A stretch of DNA of 64,000 nucleotides, taken from a virus. Shown in pieces: positions 1 to 11,000 of this stretch. The position numbers and the translations under genes are program-made. The notes under the pieces are model-generated. The model was not told where the DNA came from. It made no database searches and was given only the letters and a program-made list of their open reading frames with translations. Positions within the stretch are counted from its first letter, which is position 1; every line of letters starts with the position of its first letter. Location of the stretch: the IMG/VR virus record IMGVR_UViG_3300027126_000006, one strand, 5' to 3'.

Positions 1-318
1 TACACCTTGTGAACCTGTGTACCCTTGGCTACCAGTGTATCCAATTACACCTTGTGACCCGGTATATCCTTGGCTACCAGTGTATCCAATTACACCTTGT
101 GAACCTGTATACCCTTGCGATCCGGAGTATCCAATTACACCTTGTGAACCTGTGTACCCTTGACTTCCAGTATACCCTTGTAAACCAATGGATCCTGTAT
201 ATCCAGGCTGCACGGCCACGAGAACCCTTCGCCAAGAATTACTGGCAGAAGTGTATTGGTAGGTAATGTTATTAACTACCGCTGTCTGGCCATTTGTTGG
301 TGAAGTTGGAAAGCTCAT
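1..318 (-). CDS. Collagen-like GYTGSQ-repeat fibre protein, N-terminal part (runs off the left edge)
   Basis: Not in the ORF track. ATG at 318 reads MSFPTSPTNGQTAVVNNITYQYTSASNSWRRVLVAVQPGYTGSIGLQGYTGSQG...; GAGG RBS and a TATAAATA late promoter lie upstream. Confidence 0.85.
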   Translation of the reverse strand, partial: MSFPTSPTNGQTAVVNNITYQYTSASNSWRRVLVAVQPGYTGSIGLQGYTGSQGYTGSQGVIGYSGSQGYTGSQGVIGYTGSQGYTGSQGVIGYTGSQGYTGSQGV

Positions 319-339
319 GTGTTTATGTCCTCGTTCTGG

Positions 340-347
340 TATTTATA
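340..347 (-). promoter_or_regulatory. T4-type late promoter TATAAATA
   Basis: Exact TATAAATA on the minus strand, about 20 nt before the ATG at 318. Confidence 0.8.
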
Positions 348-364
348 GTGTACATAAACTCTAG

Positions 365-1153
365 TCAGAAAAGGAATATACTTCCTTGCCGATAAGCATT
401 TGCACTAGGTTCTTGCTCTACAGGAACCCATATCCGTCTTGGTACGGGGACAGGAAGGAACACTTGCCACGGATCCTGATATAAACTTTGTATTTCTGCT
501 GCTGAGAGTGATCGTGTCCATAGATAGTTGCAGTAAGTTGGATAGCCGGTATTACGATTTCCTCCCTCGCAATCATTGATAAATGCAAAAGCATTGCTTT
601 CTGGATTCAAAGTTCTTGTATCAGTATTCGCAGAATTAACATTCACACCATTCACGTAAGCTTTTATTCCATTCGTTGTATTGTATTGATATGTCAATGC
701 TAGTCCTAGTTTACTGTTATTATTACCTTGACCGTGAGCGAAACCATTACTTTGAGAGCTATAGTCACTATAGGTTATTGTCCAACCCGCATTAAGGTTA
801 TTACTATAACTTGATATCCCTATGCAAAATGTTATGCTGTTAACATTATCCTGCCTCCTTAATCTAATACCAAATTTTCCTGAACTGGGATTTGCCGTAC
901 CATTAACATATCCTATACTAAAGGTTGTTAATCCCAGCGGCGGGTTATATGCATAAGGAATTCTAAAATTTAGTTGTGTAGGGTTTATTCCACCGTTCGA
1001 AATTGGACTAGTTAATGTTTCAAATGTATTCGTGCTTTTACTAAGTTCCGGAGTAAAGTATTGATTTGCTGCACTATTGAACGCTATCACTAGATTTTGA
1101 GTAATAGGATTCGCCCAATTGATAGGTAAACTAGACTTTGGCTGGACGTTCAT
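365..1153 (-). CDS. LamG/concanavalin A-like domain protein (putative fibre-associated adhesin)
   Basis: Contains 'IKAYVNG' and 'LWTRSLSAAEIQSLYQDPWQVF', a typical LamG C-terminal signature. Confidence 0.65.
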   Translation of the reverse strand: MNVQPKSSLPINWANPITQNLVIAFNSAANQYFTPELSKSTNTFETLTSPISNGGINPTQLNFRIPYAYNPPLGLTTFSIGYVNGTANPSSGKFGIRLRRQDNVNSITFCIGISSYSNNLNAGWTITYSDYSSQSNGFAHGQGNNNSKLGLALTYQYNTTNGIKAYVNGVNVNSANTDTRTLNPESNAFAFINDCEGGNRNTGYPTYCNYLWTRSLSAAEIQSLYQDPWQVFLPVPVPRRIWVPVEQEPSANAYRQGSIFLF

Positions 1154-2715
1154 CTAGCACCACCTATAAGCCTAGTGGGAGGTCTGAATATCTGCCATGG
1201 ATTATCTGTTAGACTGTAGATTTCCTGCACTGATAATTCTCTAAGCCAAACATAGGAACAGTAGATTCTTGTACTTGCACCACCTCCGGTTGTAGTTATG
1301 CCGGCAAATGTGTATGAAGAATTAATATTAGTTTGTGTGGAAGTGTCAACTCCTATCAATTCTTTATTAATATATAATTCTCTATAATTTGTACCGAATC
1401 TTTGTTTTCCTACTGCATAATAGAGTGTGTTCAAATTTAAAGGAGATGAAGTAATGAACCCCCCACTATTACTATTATAAGTGTAGGATATTGAATTATC
1501 GTTGTTTTTAGTAAATTTGTTATAAACTGTGCTACTAACTCCGCCTCCTAACATAGTCTGATTGCCACCAGTTGTTGGAATTTCAAAAACTGTGAAGGTA
1601 GTAATACCCGGGTATGAGGACGGCGGTCTATATTTTGGTATTCTTCCGGAAGGATTTCCTATACTGATATTACTTACCGGGGTATTGTAATATCCTAACT
1701 TGCCTACACCAAACGTACTTCCTATTCCTGTATCAAATAATCTAGTCACTGCATCAAATATTCTACCATTTGGTCCATAGCTAGGAATAAATGCAGTTGC
1801 CAACTTATCAGTGATTGAATTCTCCCAATTGATTATAGGCAATCCCTGTGGTTGTGAAGTACGAACAGATTTAAAACTGGTTATGATGGCAGACTTGTTG
1901 CTCATGGTGCTTGAAGTACCAAGAATAGTACTTTCTCGCTGCTGCCATGGTGTTCTTTGGTTCAGTGAAGTTATGAAGATACTTTTTGCCGAAAGAAATA
2001 ATTGCCAAGGGTTTTGCGTGAGTCTGGTTACTTCCTCTGCACTCAACGGTCGATTCCAAACAAAACCTACGCTGGTAGCAATTGTAGCGGTGCTTACATC
2101 TTGTCCCTGATCGCTACTACCAAAACCAAAACACCTATTCCTAAAACTTGAGTCATAAGCGGTCATGGTATAAACACCACTGGCTACGACATTCGCATCG
2201 TAATAAAGAGTTGCTGTTGTGCCATTCGCAGTAATAGCAACCGTTCGCTTCTGCAAAGTGGTTCCGTGGTTTGCTAATGGGGATGCAAAAGTTCCCCAAA
2301 TACCGTACGCTCCATCAACACTACCACTATGTAGGCCAATGCCCCAGTTTTGGCTACCAGCAGTGGAGGCTCTTCCAATCCCGATATTTGCGTTTTGTTC
2401 GCTATCCTGCGATGCAACAATCAATGCAGATCCTATAGTCAAATCAAATCTTGATCCATATGGATAGGTAACGCTGGGAGGCTGATATGTGTACATCCCG
2501 CCTTTGAGAGATTTCCCTCCAATTCCTGGCCTAATTTGTACAGTAGGAGGAATAAAATCAGTATACATAGCTACCCCGTCAACTATATTAATTGGATAAC
2601 CGGGCAGAAACGCTCCAATCAAACCCCTACTTGAAGGATTCATCCAATTAATTCTAGGAACAAATTGAGGTTGTTTTGTTGTATCAGATATATCTAGAGG
2701 ACCTATAAACGCCAT
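1150..2715 (-). CDS. Tandem (2x) LamG-like domain protein
   Basis: Two units, each starting QPQ...INW.N and ending W.R.LS..E...L..NPWQ.F. Confidence 0.65.
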   Translation of the reverse strand: MAFIGPLDISDTTKQPQFVPRINWMNPSSRGLIGAFLPGYPINIVDGVAMYTDFIPPTVQIRPGIGGKSLKGGMYTYQPPSVTYPYGSRFDLTIGSALIVASQDSEQNANIGIGRASTAGSQNWGIGLHSGSVDGAYGIWGTFASPLANHGTTLQKRTVAITANGTTATLYYDANVVASGVYTMTAYDSSFRNRCFGFGSSDQGQDVSTATIATSVGFVWNRPLSAEEVTRLTQNPWQLFLSAKSIFITSLNQRTPWQQRESTILGTSSTMSNKSAIITSFKSVRTSQPQGLPIINWENSITDKLATAFIPSYGPNGRIFDAVTRLFDTGIGSTFGVGKLGYYNTPVSNISIGNPSGRIPKYRPPSSYPGITTFTVFEIPTTGGNQTMLGGGVSSTVYNKFTKNNDNSISYTYNSNSGGFITSSPLNLNTLYYAVGKQRFGTNYRELYINKELIGVDTSTQTNINSSYTFAGITTTGGGASTRIYCSYVWLRELSVQEIYSLTDNPWQIFRPPTRLIGGAR

Positions 2716-2734
2716 TTACTGCTCTTTATACCTA

Positions 2735-3241
2735 TTAGTTGTAGTACATTTCTTGTACAGCAACAGAGTGTCCTGAAGCTGCTAAGGCAGCACCGGCTTG
2801 ATTCTGTGCTACAATCACATACTTGGCAGGTACAGTTCCGCCGAATGCTGCGGCAATTGACAGTATCTTACTCTTATAGGCTACGCTGGTACCAGCAGCT
2901 GTTGCTACTAGAGCAACCGATCCTAGATAGATGCCATTGTTTCCGTTTGCAGAAAACGTAATAGCTTTATCAGTACCATCAACCAACTCATTAGTTGCGC
3001 CTGATGTACCAGACCAATTTGTTCCATCAATTGATCCATACGCAAAAAAGTTCACTACCGTCGTGCTGCTTGCAGTAAATGTTGCTGGACCATTGATAGT
3101 GATCACAACCTCGTGATCTGTTACATTGGCACTTGCACTACGAGTAATGGCAGAACAAGATGCTACTGCAGTGGTGCTGGATCCTAATGTGTTCCAGCTG
3201 GTATTAGTAGGTGGTGTAAGTGCTGTTCCGTTTAGTGCCAT
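2735..3241 (-). CDS. Hypothetical virion-associated beta-rich protein
   Basis: 168 aa, Ala/Thr/Ser-rich, tightly packed in the fibre operon. Confidence 0.6.
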   Translation of the reverse strand: MALNGTALTPPTNTSWNTLGSSTTAVASCSAITRSASANVTDHEVVITINGPATFTASSTTVVNFFAYGSIDGTNWSGTSGATNELVDGTDKAITFSANGNNGIYLGSVALVATAAGTSVAYKSKILSIAAAFGGTVPAKYVIVAQNQAGAALAASGHSVAVQEMYYN

Positions 3242-3243
3242 GA

Positions 3244-3651
3244 TTATTCTCCTAATTCTATTGCGCGTTCACACTCTTGCCAACTGACTGGATCACTCAC
3301 AGTGACAGCAGCAATTATTGTATTTAGGTTTGATTGAGGTATTACGTTAGTATTTACAAGATCCTGCAACATAGAGATGGTAGCCGAAGATCCAAAGTCT
3401 AGCTTATCTTGTTCCAACAGCTTCATTGACCAATTAACAGCCGAATTTGTTGTAGCTGCTTGTGTTAGCACATCCAAAAAAGTTCCGCCTACACTAGGAG
3501 TTAGTGTTTCTAACACCCAACCAATGCCTCCTAATTTAGAAGCAACCTTTGTTCTACCTACACTTACAGTTGCAGCAATGTCGTGATAGTTGCAGGGTTG
3601 TGTTAACTGCTGTTGAGAACACTTTGATAAAATTTCTTGATATAAAGTCAT
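3244..3651 (-). CDS. Hypothetical protein (possible fibre accessory/chaperone)
   Basis: 135 aa ORF with GAGGA RBS, directly downstream of the large fibre gene. Confidence 0.6.
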   Translation of the reverse strand: MTLYQEILSKCSQQQLTQPCNYHDIAATVSVGRTKVASKLGGIGWVLETLTPSVGGTFLDVLTQAATTNSAVNWSMKLLEQDKLDFGSSATISMLQDLVNTNVIPQSNLNTIIAAVTVSDPVSWQECERAIELGE

Positions 3652-3670
3652 TATTTTTCCTCTAGATCGT

Positions 3671-6600
3671 TTATTGTTGGTTTACAGATAGTATATCCCA
3701 GTATCCATCTGCTCCGTTGTAAATTAAACCTACATACAAGTTCTTACCTGACACTGTCGTTGTAGGTAAACTTACTCCCACGGCTCTATATGCACCTGCA
3801 GACGTTGTCCATGTAATTGCAACAGCGGATCCTGCATCCTTAAACCTCAGAACTAACTTTTGACCACCAGAGGGTGTGCCGCTTGGAGCATTTACAGTCA
3901 CTGGTCCAGTCAATCCCAACAACTCGTATTGGGTATTGGATCCCGATGGAGTTATACTTCCCGAATAAGTTGTTCCATTGTTACCGACAGAGTTACCTAC
4001 TCCAACTGCTACACCAGTATCAACTACTACAGGTCCAGTGACATCTATCCAGTAGTTTGTAGTGCCATCACTTGTCCACCTATAGATGACATCATTAGCC
4101 GTATCATACCAAATGTCTCCGATAGATGGTAGTGCAGGAGGGGTAGTGCTTGAGGTGGAAGTTCCTCCTCCACCTGTATTATCAGTAGCGTTAACCCAAA
4201 TACTACCGTTATATTTTAATACCTGACCATTAATTACATCAGTGATAGTAACATCAGTGAGATCATTAAGAGCAGATGCTCCAGCGCCTCCAGCAGATCC
4301 AGTATATCCTATTGGACCTTGTACGGTCGAAGCCGATCCTGTATATCCTTGCGATCCAGTGTACCCTTGTGACCCAGTGTAACCCTGTGAGCCGGTGTAT
4401 CCTATTGGACCTTGAACTGTTGACGCAGAACCTGTATATCCAATATCACCTTGAGACCCAGTATATCCTTGCGATCCAGTGTACCCCTGTGATCCTGTAT
4501 ATCCTTGAGAGCCGGTGTATCCTATTGGACCTTGAACTGTTGACGCAGAACCTGTATATCCAATATCACCTTGAGACCCAGTATATCCTTGCGATCCAGT
4601 GTACCCCTGTGATCCTGTATATCCTTGAGAGCCGGTGTATCCTATTGGACCTTGAACTGTTGACGCAGAACCTGTATATCCAATATCACCTTGTGATCCT
4701 GTATATCCCTGTGACCCAGTGTACCCTTGGCTACCAGTGTACCCTCTTGGTCCTATTGATCCAGTATATCCAACTTCTCCTTGAGACCCAGTATATCCTT
4801 GCGATCCAGTGTACCCTTGTGACCCAGTGTAACCTACAAGACCTTGGGATCCTGTATATCCAATTGATCCTGTATATCCAACTACTGTTAGGTCCCCTGA
4901 ACCTACAAGCGATTGACCGGTGATTGATTTAATATTAACACCAGACACCAATGTAGCTTGCTTACCATCCAATGCAGTTTGTAGACCAGTAATGGCGCTT
5001 ATTGGGTGTGCATCATCGGCACTACGACCTGTTAGTGCATTGTGCGTTGTTGCACTTGCCGAGCTAACAGAACTCGTTGCTACCTTTGCAAGGATCTTCC
5101 GCACGCCAGCAATCTGTATTCTAGCATCATTGCCAGTATAAGCTGAGCTATACTTGACAACAATTTGATACATGAATACTTGTTCGGCGAAGCTTAGTCC
5201 GTATTCGATAAAGCTTTCATTATACGCAGCATCGACTGTATCAAACATCTCTCGACCGAGCACAAGCTTAATTGATCCTCTACCTGCACGGAAGTCGTTG
5301 GTAGCAAGTAACCAATAAGAAATGTACTTACCTTCCGTTACGTTAGCAAGAGATCCACTACCAGTAGAGATTAAGTTGTAGCGAGCCACATTGCTGGAAT
5401 GTACCCAAGGAGTAGTGCTGCCCGATACAGTTGTATATGCTGTACCAGAATAATGTACCACTTCTAGGTTAGCAGCGGTTAAAAGAGTTTGTTCCCAATC
5501 TGCTGTTGGGGAAGCCGCATGTGTGATTGTGTGAACAAGATCCTCATCGGCAATCACAATTGGAGCACCAACACTTAACTGAACAGCTGTATCATCATTT
5601 AATGTGTATGTTAGACCACCACCGCTTCTCCAAACCGTACCGACATTGCTATGTTGGTTGACGTGCCATGTAGTGTCGCGTTTTGATCCGTGGCGTTCAT
5701 CGCCAACAATAACAGCTTTTCCTGTTGTTGAATTCCAATAAACATACGCAATGTTGACGTGCGTATCAAACATTGGTACCGACGACTCTACAAGATTCAT
5801 TGTAGTAGGCTCAATGTATATGAACCTTGCACCGTCTGTGTTAGCTATAGTAATAGTTTTGGTTGTTGATACAGTATATAATGTACCAATGTGATAGAAC
5901 TGCCAACTTCCACTAACTGGTGTCGCCGTAAGCTCTCTAGTGCTTTCATTGAACGACATCGTTAGTTGAGTTCTGTCAACTACGCCATGGATGTCTCCAG
6001 TAGCTGTGGCTACAGAAATCAATACGTTGGTAAGATCGGCTGATGATCCTGTATATCCAATTGGTCCTTGGACTGTTGAAGCAGATCCTGTATAACCAGT
6101 AATACCTTGTGAACCAGTATACCCTATATCACCTTGACTGCCTGTATATCCTCTAGACCCCGTGTATCCAGTATAACCACGTGGTCCTTGACCACCAGTA
6201 ACAGAATCAATGATTGCAACATAATCAAGTTGTGTGGCGTGAGCTACATTACCCGCATTAGAATGGTAGATCCTAACAGTTACGTTGCCGTTATTAATGT
6301 AAGGTGTGCTTGATATCACACCTAATTGAAACTGATAAAAAGATCCTAATCCAGTATACGCCTGTATGCTGTCCCAGCCAGTTGTGACATAATTATATAA
6401 TTGAACATATATTGTATGATTGGAACTCGCAGTGTAGTTAATATTAACAGCAACAAGATTAAACGATGTAACCCCTGTAAATCCTACATCAATATGCCAT
6501 GCAGGGGCTGAACCTGACCCATCAGTTATATTATATGAATCACCATCACTAAAGTTTTGAATACTAGCTAGATTGCCAGAAACGTATACGCCACCAGTAA

Positions 6601-7648
6601 GATTAATACTCTGAGCTGTATAGAGCACTGATTCAGGAGTTGCACCCACTGATCCAGTGTATCCTTGTGAACCAGTGTACCCTTGTGAACCCGTATAACC
6701 CTGGCTACCGGTGTACCCTTGTGAACCCGTATAACCCTGGCTACCGGTGTACCCTTGGGATCCCGTATAACCCCGGCTACCGGTGTATCCTTGGGATCCC
6801 GTATAACCCTGGCTACCAGCATACCCAACAGATCCCGTATAACCCTGGCTACCGGTGTATCCTTGTGAACCAGTATAACCCTGGCTACCGGTGTACCCTT
6901 GGCTGCCAGTGTACCCTTGGCTGCCAGTGTAGCCCTGGGATCCTGTATAACCCTGGCTACCGGTGTACCCTTGGCTGCCAGTGTACCCTTGGCTGCCAGT
7001 GTAGCCCTGGGATCCTGTATAACCCTGGCTACCGGCATACCCAATAGATCCTGTATAACCCTGGCTACCGGTGTATCCTTGTGAACCAGTGTATCCTTGG
7101 GATCCAGTGTATCCATCAGGCCCTTGGACTGTTGAAGCAGATCCCGTATAACCCTGGCTACCAGTGTACCCTTGTGAACCAGTGTATCCTTGGGATCCAC
7201 TGTATCCCTGACTGCCAGTATACCCCAGTGAACCAGTGTATCCAGCAGATCCAGTATATCCTATTGGACCTTGTACGGTCGAAGCCGATCCTGTATATCC
7301 TTGGCTACCGGTGTATCCTTGACTTCCAGTATAGCCCTGGGACCCAGTGTATCCATCGGGCCCTTGGACTGTTGAAGCAGATCCAGTGTACCCTTGGCTG
7401 CCAGTATATCCCAGTGAACCAGTGTACCCTTGGGATCCAGTATAGCCGTCACGGCCAACATACCCTGATGATCCAGTATATCCAATATTCCCTTGGGATC
7501 CAGTATAGCCTCCAGGATCTCCTCTAGACCCTGTGTATCCAAGTGGACCTTTGATTAGGTTTGATGGCGCACTGATATGGACTCCATCAGTCGATACTGT
7601 AGTTGATACAGTATCGACTTGTTGTACTGTGACTTTTATATCAGACAT
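3671..7648 (-). CDS. Large collagen-like GYTGSQ-repeat fibre protein (1325 aa)
   Basis: Two long Gly-X-Y blocks (GYT-GSQ) separated by globular domains; fibre motifs 'HPISAITGLQTALDGKQ', 'LNDLTDVTI...NGQVLKYNGSIWVN' and 'GDIWYDT'. Confidence 0.85.
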   Translation of the reverse strand: MSDIKVTVQQVDTVSTTVSTDGVHISAPSNLIKGPLGYTGSRGDPGGYTGSQGNIGYTGSSGYVGRDGYTGSQGYTGSLGYTGSQGYTGSASTVQGPDGYTGSQGYTGSQGYTGSQGYTGSASTVQGPIGYTGSAGYTGSLGYTGSQGYSGSQGYTGSQGYTGSQGYTGSASTVQGPDGYTGSQGYTGSQGYTGSQGYTGSIGYAGSQGYTGSQGYTGSQGYTGSQGYTGSQGYTGSQGYTGSQGYTGSQGYTGSQGYTGSQGYTGSQGYTGSVGYAGSQGYTGSQGYTGSRGYTGSQGYTGSQGYTGSQGYTGSQGYTGSQGYTGSQGYTGSVGATPESVLYTAQSINLTGGVYVSGNLASIQNFSDGDSYNITDGSGSAPAWHIDVGFTGVTSFNLVAVNINYTASSNHTIYVQLYNYVTTGWDSIQAYTGLGSFYQFQLGVISSTPYINNGNVTVRIYHSNAGNVAHATQLDYVAIIDSVTGGQGPRGYTGYTGSRGYTGSQGDIGYTGSQGITGYTGSASTVQGPIGYTGSSADLTNVLISVATATGDIHGVVDRTQLTMSFNESTRELTATPVSGSWQFYHIGTLYTVSTTKTITIANTDGARFIYIEPTTMNLVESSVPMFDTHVNIAYVYWNSTTGKAVIVGDERHGSKRDTTWHVNQHSNVGTVWRSGGGLTYTLNDDTAVQLSVGAPIVIADEDLVHTITHAASPTADWEQTLLTAANLEVVHYSGTAYTTVSGSTTPWVHSSNVARYNLISTGSGSLANVTEGKYISYWLLATNDFRAGRGSIKLVLGREMFDTVDAAYNESFIEYGLSFAEQVFMYQIVVKYSSAYTGNDARIQIAGVRKILAKVATSSVSSASATTHNALTGRSADDAHPISAITGLQTALDGKQATLVSGVNIKSITGQSLVGSGDLTVVGYTGSIGYTGSQGLVGYTGSQGYTGSQGYTGSQGEVGYTGSIGPRGYTGSQGYTGSQGYTGSQGDIGYTGSASTVQGPIGYTGSQGYTGSQGYTGSQGYTGSQGDIGYTGSASTVQGPIGYTGSQGYTGSQGYTGSQGYTGSQGDIGYTGSASTVQGPIGYTGSQGYTGSQGYTGSQGYTGSASTVQGPIGYTGSAGGAGASALNDLTDVTITDVINGQVLKYNGSIWVNATDNTGGGGTSTSSTTPPALPSIGDIWYDTANDVIYRWTSDGTTNYWIDVTGPVVVDTGVAVGVGNSVGNNGTTYSGSITPSGSNTQYELLGLTGPVTVNAPSGTPSGGQKLVLRFKDAGSAVAITWTTSAGAYRAVGVSLPTTTVSGKNLYVGLIYNGADGYWDILSVNQQ
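4290..4880. repeat. 18-bp-unit coding tandem repeat containing a perfect 120-bp higher-order repeat (about 4389-4693, 2.5 copies)
   Basis: Sequence lines 4441 and 4561 are identical, as are 4501 and 4621. Confidence 0.9.
6645..7545. repeat. 18-bp-unit coding tandem repeat array encoding (GYTGSQ)n
   Basis: Repeated gtataaccctggctaccg / gtgtacccttgtgaacc units. Confidence 0.9.
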
Positions 7649-7652
7649 TTAA

Positions 7653-7994
7653 TTATGCACCCTGTGTTATTTGGGGTGTGATTGTTACAATACCTTCAAT
7701 GATACGCTTTCTATATCCTTCAACAGTGTGATTAATTTCCACGTCATATAACCATCGTCCGGCCGGAATCACTTCCGATTGAGATGCGGTAAGGGATAAT
7801 TTAAGTTGACCAGCCACTGCGTTTATAATTGTTGCAGTGAAGTTGTATGCTACTGATGAGCTGAAGGACTTCCTCATTTGTGAAGTGGCCGCGTAATTGG
7901 TCAGATCGAGGGGAGTGCCGTCTGATGATGTTACAGTGATTATAGTTGCGAAGTCAGATCCTTGATCTACAAACAGATTGCTAATAGCAGCCAC
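7653..7994 (-). CDS. Conserved small virion structural protein of T4-like aquatic phages (BppU N-terminal-like)
   Basis: Pattern 'NLFVDQGSDF...PLDLTNY....QMRK...GRWLYDVEI....KRIIEG.VTITP'; GTG start with GGAG RBS. Confidence 0.7.
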   Translation of the reverse strand: MAAISNLFVDQGSDFATIITVTSSDGTPLDLTNYAATSQMRKSFSSSVAYNFTATIINAVAGQLKLSLTASQSEVIPAGRWLYDVEINHTVEGYRKRIIEGIVTITPQITQGA

Positions 7995-8031
7995 AACGGT
8001 ATCTCCTATACAGATTTGTATTTAATCTCAA

Positions 8032-8060
8032 TTGCATATATAATTGATCAATGTTATATT
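8032..8060 (+). promoter_or_regulatory. Possible sigma70 promoter for the glycosyltransferase gene (TTGCAT-17-TATATT)
   Basis: Near-consensus hexamers with 17-bp spacing, upstream of the ATG at 8079. Confidence 0.4.
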
Positions 8061-8064
8061 TATA
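8057..8064 (-). promoter_or_regulatory. T4-type late promoter TATAAATA for the leftward fibre operon
   Basis: Exact motif about 60 nt upstream of the 7994 start. Confidence 0.65.
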
Positions 8065-8078
8065 CTATTGGAATCTAC

Positions 8079-11000
8079 ATGATCTCAATCGCAATTATCG
8101 ACGTTATTGGTTTGACTTATGATGGTAGCACTCTTCAAAAAAGAGGCCTTGGCGGCTCTGAATCTGCTGTCATTCTCATGGCCAAAGAACTCCACAATCT
8201 AGGGTTCAAAGTAACTGTTTTCAACAACTGCATCGACAGAGAAGCCTCTCCGGGTATCTATGATGGGGTCGAATACATCGACTTAAGTCAAATTGAAACT
8301 CTAGAGGATCCGAAGTTCGACGTTGTTATCGGATCACGAACAGTTGCTCCATTCCTCCCACCACACATTTGGCCTAATTGGAGCTACCGAGTTGACATCC
8401 ATGAAAGGATTCGAAGACATGCTAAACTAAAGGTTCTTTGGCTCCATGATACGTTTTGTGCTGGTGATGAACTTCTTGAAGACCTAGTAGTAAACGGTCA
8501 CATTGACGAAATCTTCACACTATCTGATTTCCACACTTCGTATGTGACAAACTGTGATCACGGACGCAAACGGAACTTTGAGGTCCTTAAACATAAGGTA
8601 TTTATCACTCGCAATGGTATCACCAAGTACCATGATGAGGTCGATATTGCCTCCAAAGATCCCAATCTCTTTGTATATAATGCATCCGTCACTAAAGGGA
8701 TGATTCCTCTCGTCGAACGAATCTGGCCTCAATTTAAGGCGCGAGTTCCTGATGCTCAATTGAAGATCATCGGTGGATATTATAGATTCCGAGAGAATCT
8801 TGAACCAGATGAACAAGAAAAGAAGTGGCGATTGCTCGCCAACGATCCATCCAATCCTGAAAAAGGAATTGAGTTCACTGGGATCATTAAGCAAAGTGAA
8901 ATTGCAGATATCCTTGCCAAAGCTTCTTACATGCTTTATCCAGGAGCATTCCCTGAGACGTTTGGCATCTCAACTCTCGAATCACTTGCATACAATACAC
9001 CGTTAATCACTTCTAGGTTTGGTGCCTTGGAGGAGACTGCTTTTTCAGAAGCATGTTATCTACTCGATTATCCAATTGAGCCTAATGGTCTATTCCCCCA
9101 CATCAATGTTGACAGTCAAGCATCTAAGTTCACGGAGATGGCAGTTGCAGCATATCACAATAAGTACTTGCATCAGCAGAAGATGTATATGTGTTCCGCT
9201 GTAAAGGACATTTGTACATGGGATACGGTTGCGCTACAATGGAAACAACACTTCTTCAGAAAGCTTGGTCTATACCTCTCGAGGGACGAGTATAGGAAGG
9301 TTACCAAAATTAATTCTCGCGTAAAACAGGTGTTTGGCCGAAGGTTTTCCAACACCGAAGATGTATACATTCCTCGAAGCACTCAACAAAAGATTGTTGT
9401 TGTGACTCCTGCCTATAATGCTGAGCAGTATATCACCAAGTGTATCGAATCAGTAGTATCACAGGATTATGATAACTGGGAAATGTATATTATTGATGAT
9501 TGTTCCACGGACAATACGTTTAGTGTAGCAAGTCAAGCAGCGATGTTATCGGATAAAATCACTGTGATCAGGAATCCGATGAATATGGGAGCAGTGTATA
9601 ATCACGTGACTACTATCAAACAGTTTTGTGATCCCGATGATATTGTAATGTTAATTGATGGTGACGATGCTCTTGTTAACGACAATCAAATCTTCCAGTT
9701 TTACAACAACCTATATGATGGATCAACAGAATTCTCTTACGGTTCTTGTTGGTCGATGATTGATAAGATTCCTTTAGTAGCACAACACTATCCGAAACGC
9801 ATCAAAGAAACAAAATCATATCGCGGTCACGTATTCAACTGGAACATGCCTTACACACACCTTAGAACCTTCCAAGCGAAGTTTCTATTGCAGGTTGATG
9901 AAGATGAGTTCAAAGATGAGAATGGTGCATGGTATAAAGCTGGAGGTGATGGCGCTGTATTCTATTCTGTGATTGAGCAAGTAGATCCAGATAAGATTAA
10001 AGTTGTGCAGGACATTGTTTACTTGTATAATGACATGAGTCCAATTAACGACTATAAAGTAAATGGTGCTGAGCAAACACGAAATGCCAATCGAATTAGG
10101 TCTTCAAACCGCGTGAAGGATAAGTTTTCTGTTGTGATTCCAACAATGTGGCGGGCAATGGATCTAATGCCAGAGTTGCTTGAAAGTCTCGTTGCCCATG
10201 AACTTGTAGGCGAAGTGATCATCATCAACAATGAAGTAAACAATACACCGACATTGAGTGTGTTGAGGCACCCTAAGATTGTAATGATTGATCAGGAAAC
10301 CAATATCATGGTCAACCCTGCATGGAATCTTGGAGTGGAGATTGCCAAATACAATAAGATGTGTTTCTGTAATGATGATATTGTATTTGATGTTAGGTTG
10401 TTTAATAAAATTTACGATCGAATTACACCAGAATATGGACCGCATGGGATCATATGGGGTAAAGAAGAATTTAACCAACCTCCCACAACTGATGGATCAA
10501 TCGATTTTATCGAATGGAAGCCTGGAGATGTAATCCACTGCTTTGGACAACTCCACTTCCAACATAAAGATAGCTGGATACCCATTCACTCCGATCTAAA
10601 GATGTTTTACGGTGATGATTGGATCTTCCACAACGCACTATCTCGAAACTTAACGCCTTGGTTGATCTACAACATCAACTTCAAGTCACGTAACTCTGCT
10701 ACAGGTCTATGTGAAGATATTGTTCCTCTCGTCAATGAACGATATAAGTTAGAAACCCCAATTTATCAGAACTGGGCATCACAACATGTCGCTAACCAAA
10801 CTAATAGTAGGCTCACTATGAAAAAAATCTTGATTGCTATTCCAACAAACAAGTACGTTGAAACAACGACGATGAAGGCAGTATATGATCTTGAGGTGCC
10901 AGAAGGATACACAACAGACCTTCAGTTCTTCTACGGCTATCAAGTAGATCAAATCCGTAATCTGATTGCTGATTGGGCTAAGCACTATGACTATTTGTTT

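Noticed and set aside
4276-7542. Alternative-frame and antisense ORFs over the GYTGSQ arrays (also 9-266, 33997-34733, 40525-41489)
   Set aside because: By-products of an 18-bp periodic repeat lacking stops in some frames; no RBS or independent coding signal.
6645-7545. Regular repeats resembling a CRISPR array
   Set aside because: Units are contiguous with no unique spacers, vary at synonymous positions, and lie in-frame in a CDS.
7962-8078. N-terminal extensions in the ORF track (7962, 14329, 38880, 41644, 54923, 57344, 63145 and others)
   Set aside because: They overlap neighbouring genes or promoters; downstream ATGs fit the RBS and motif starts better.
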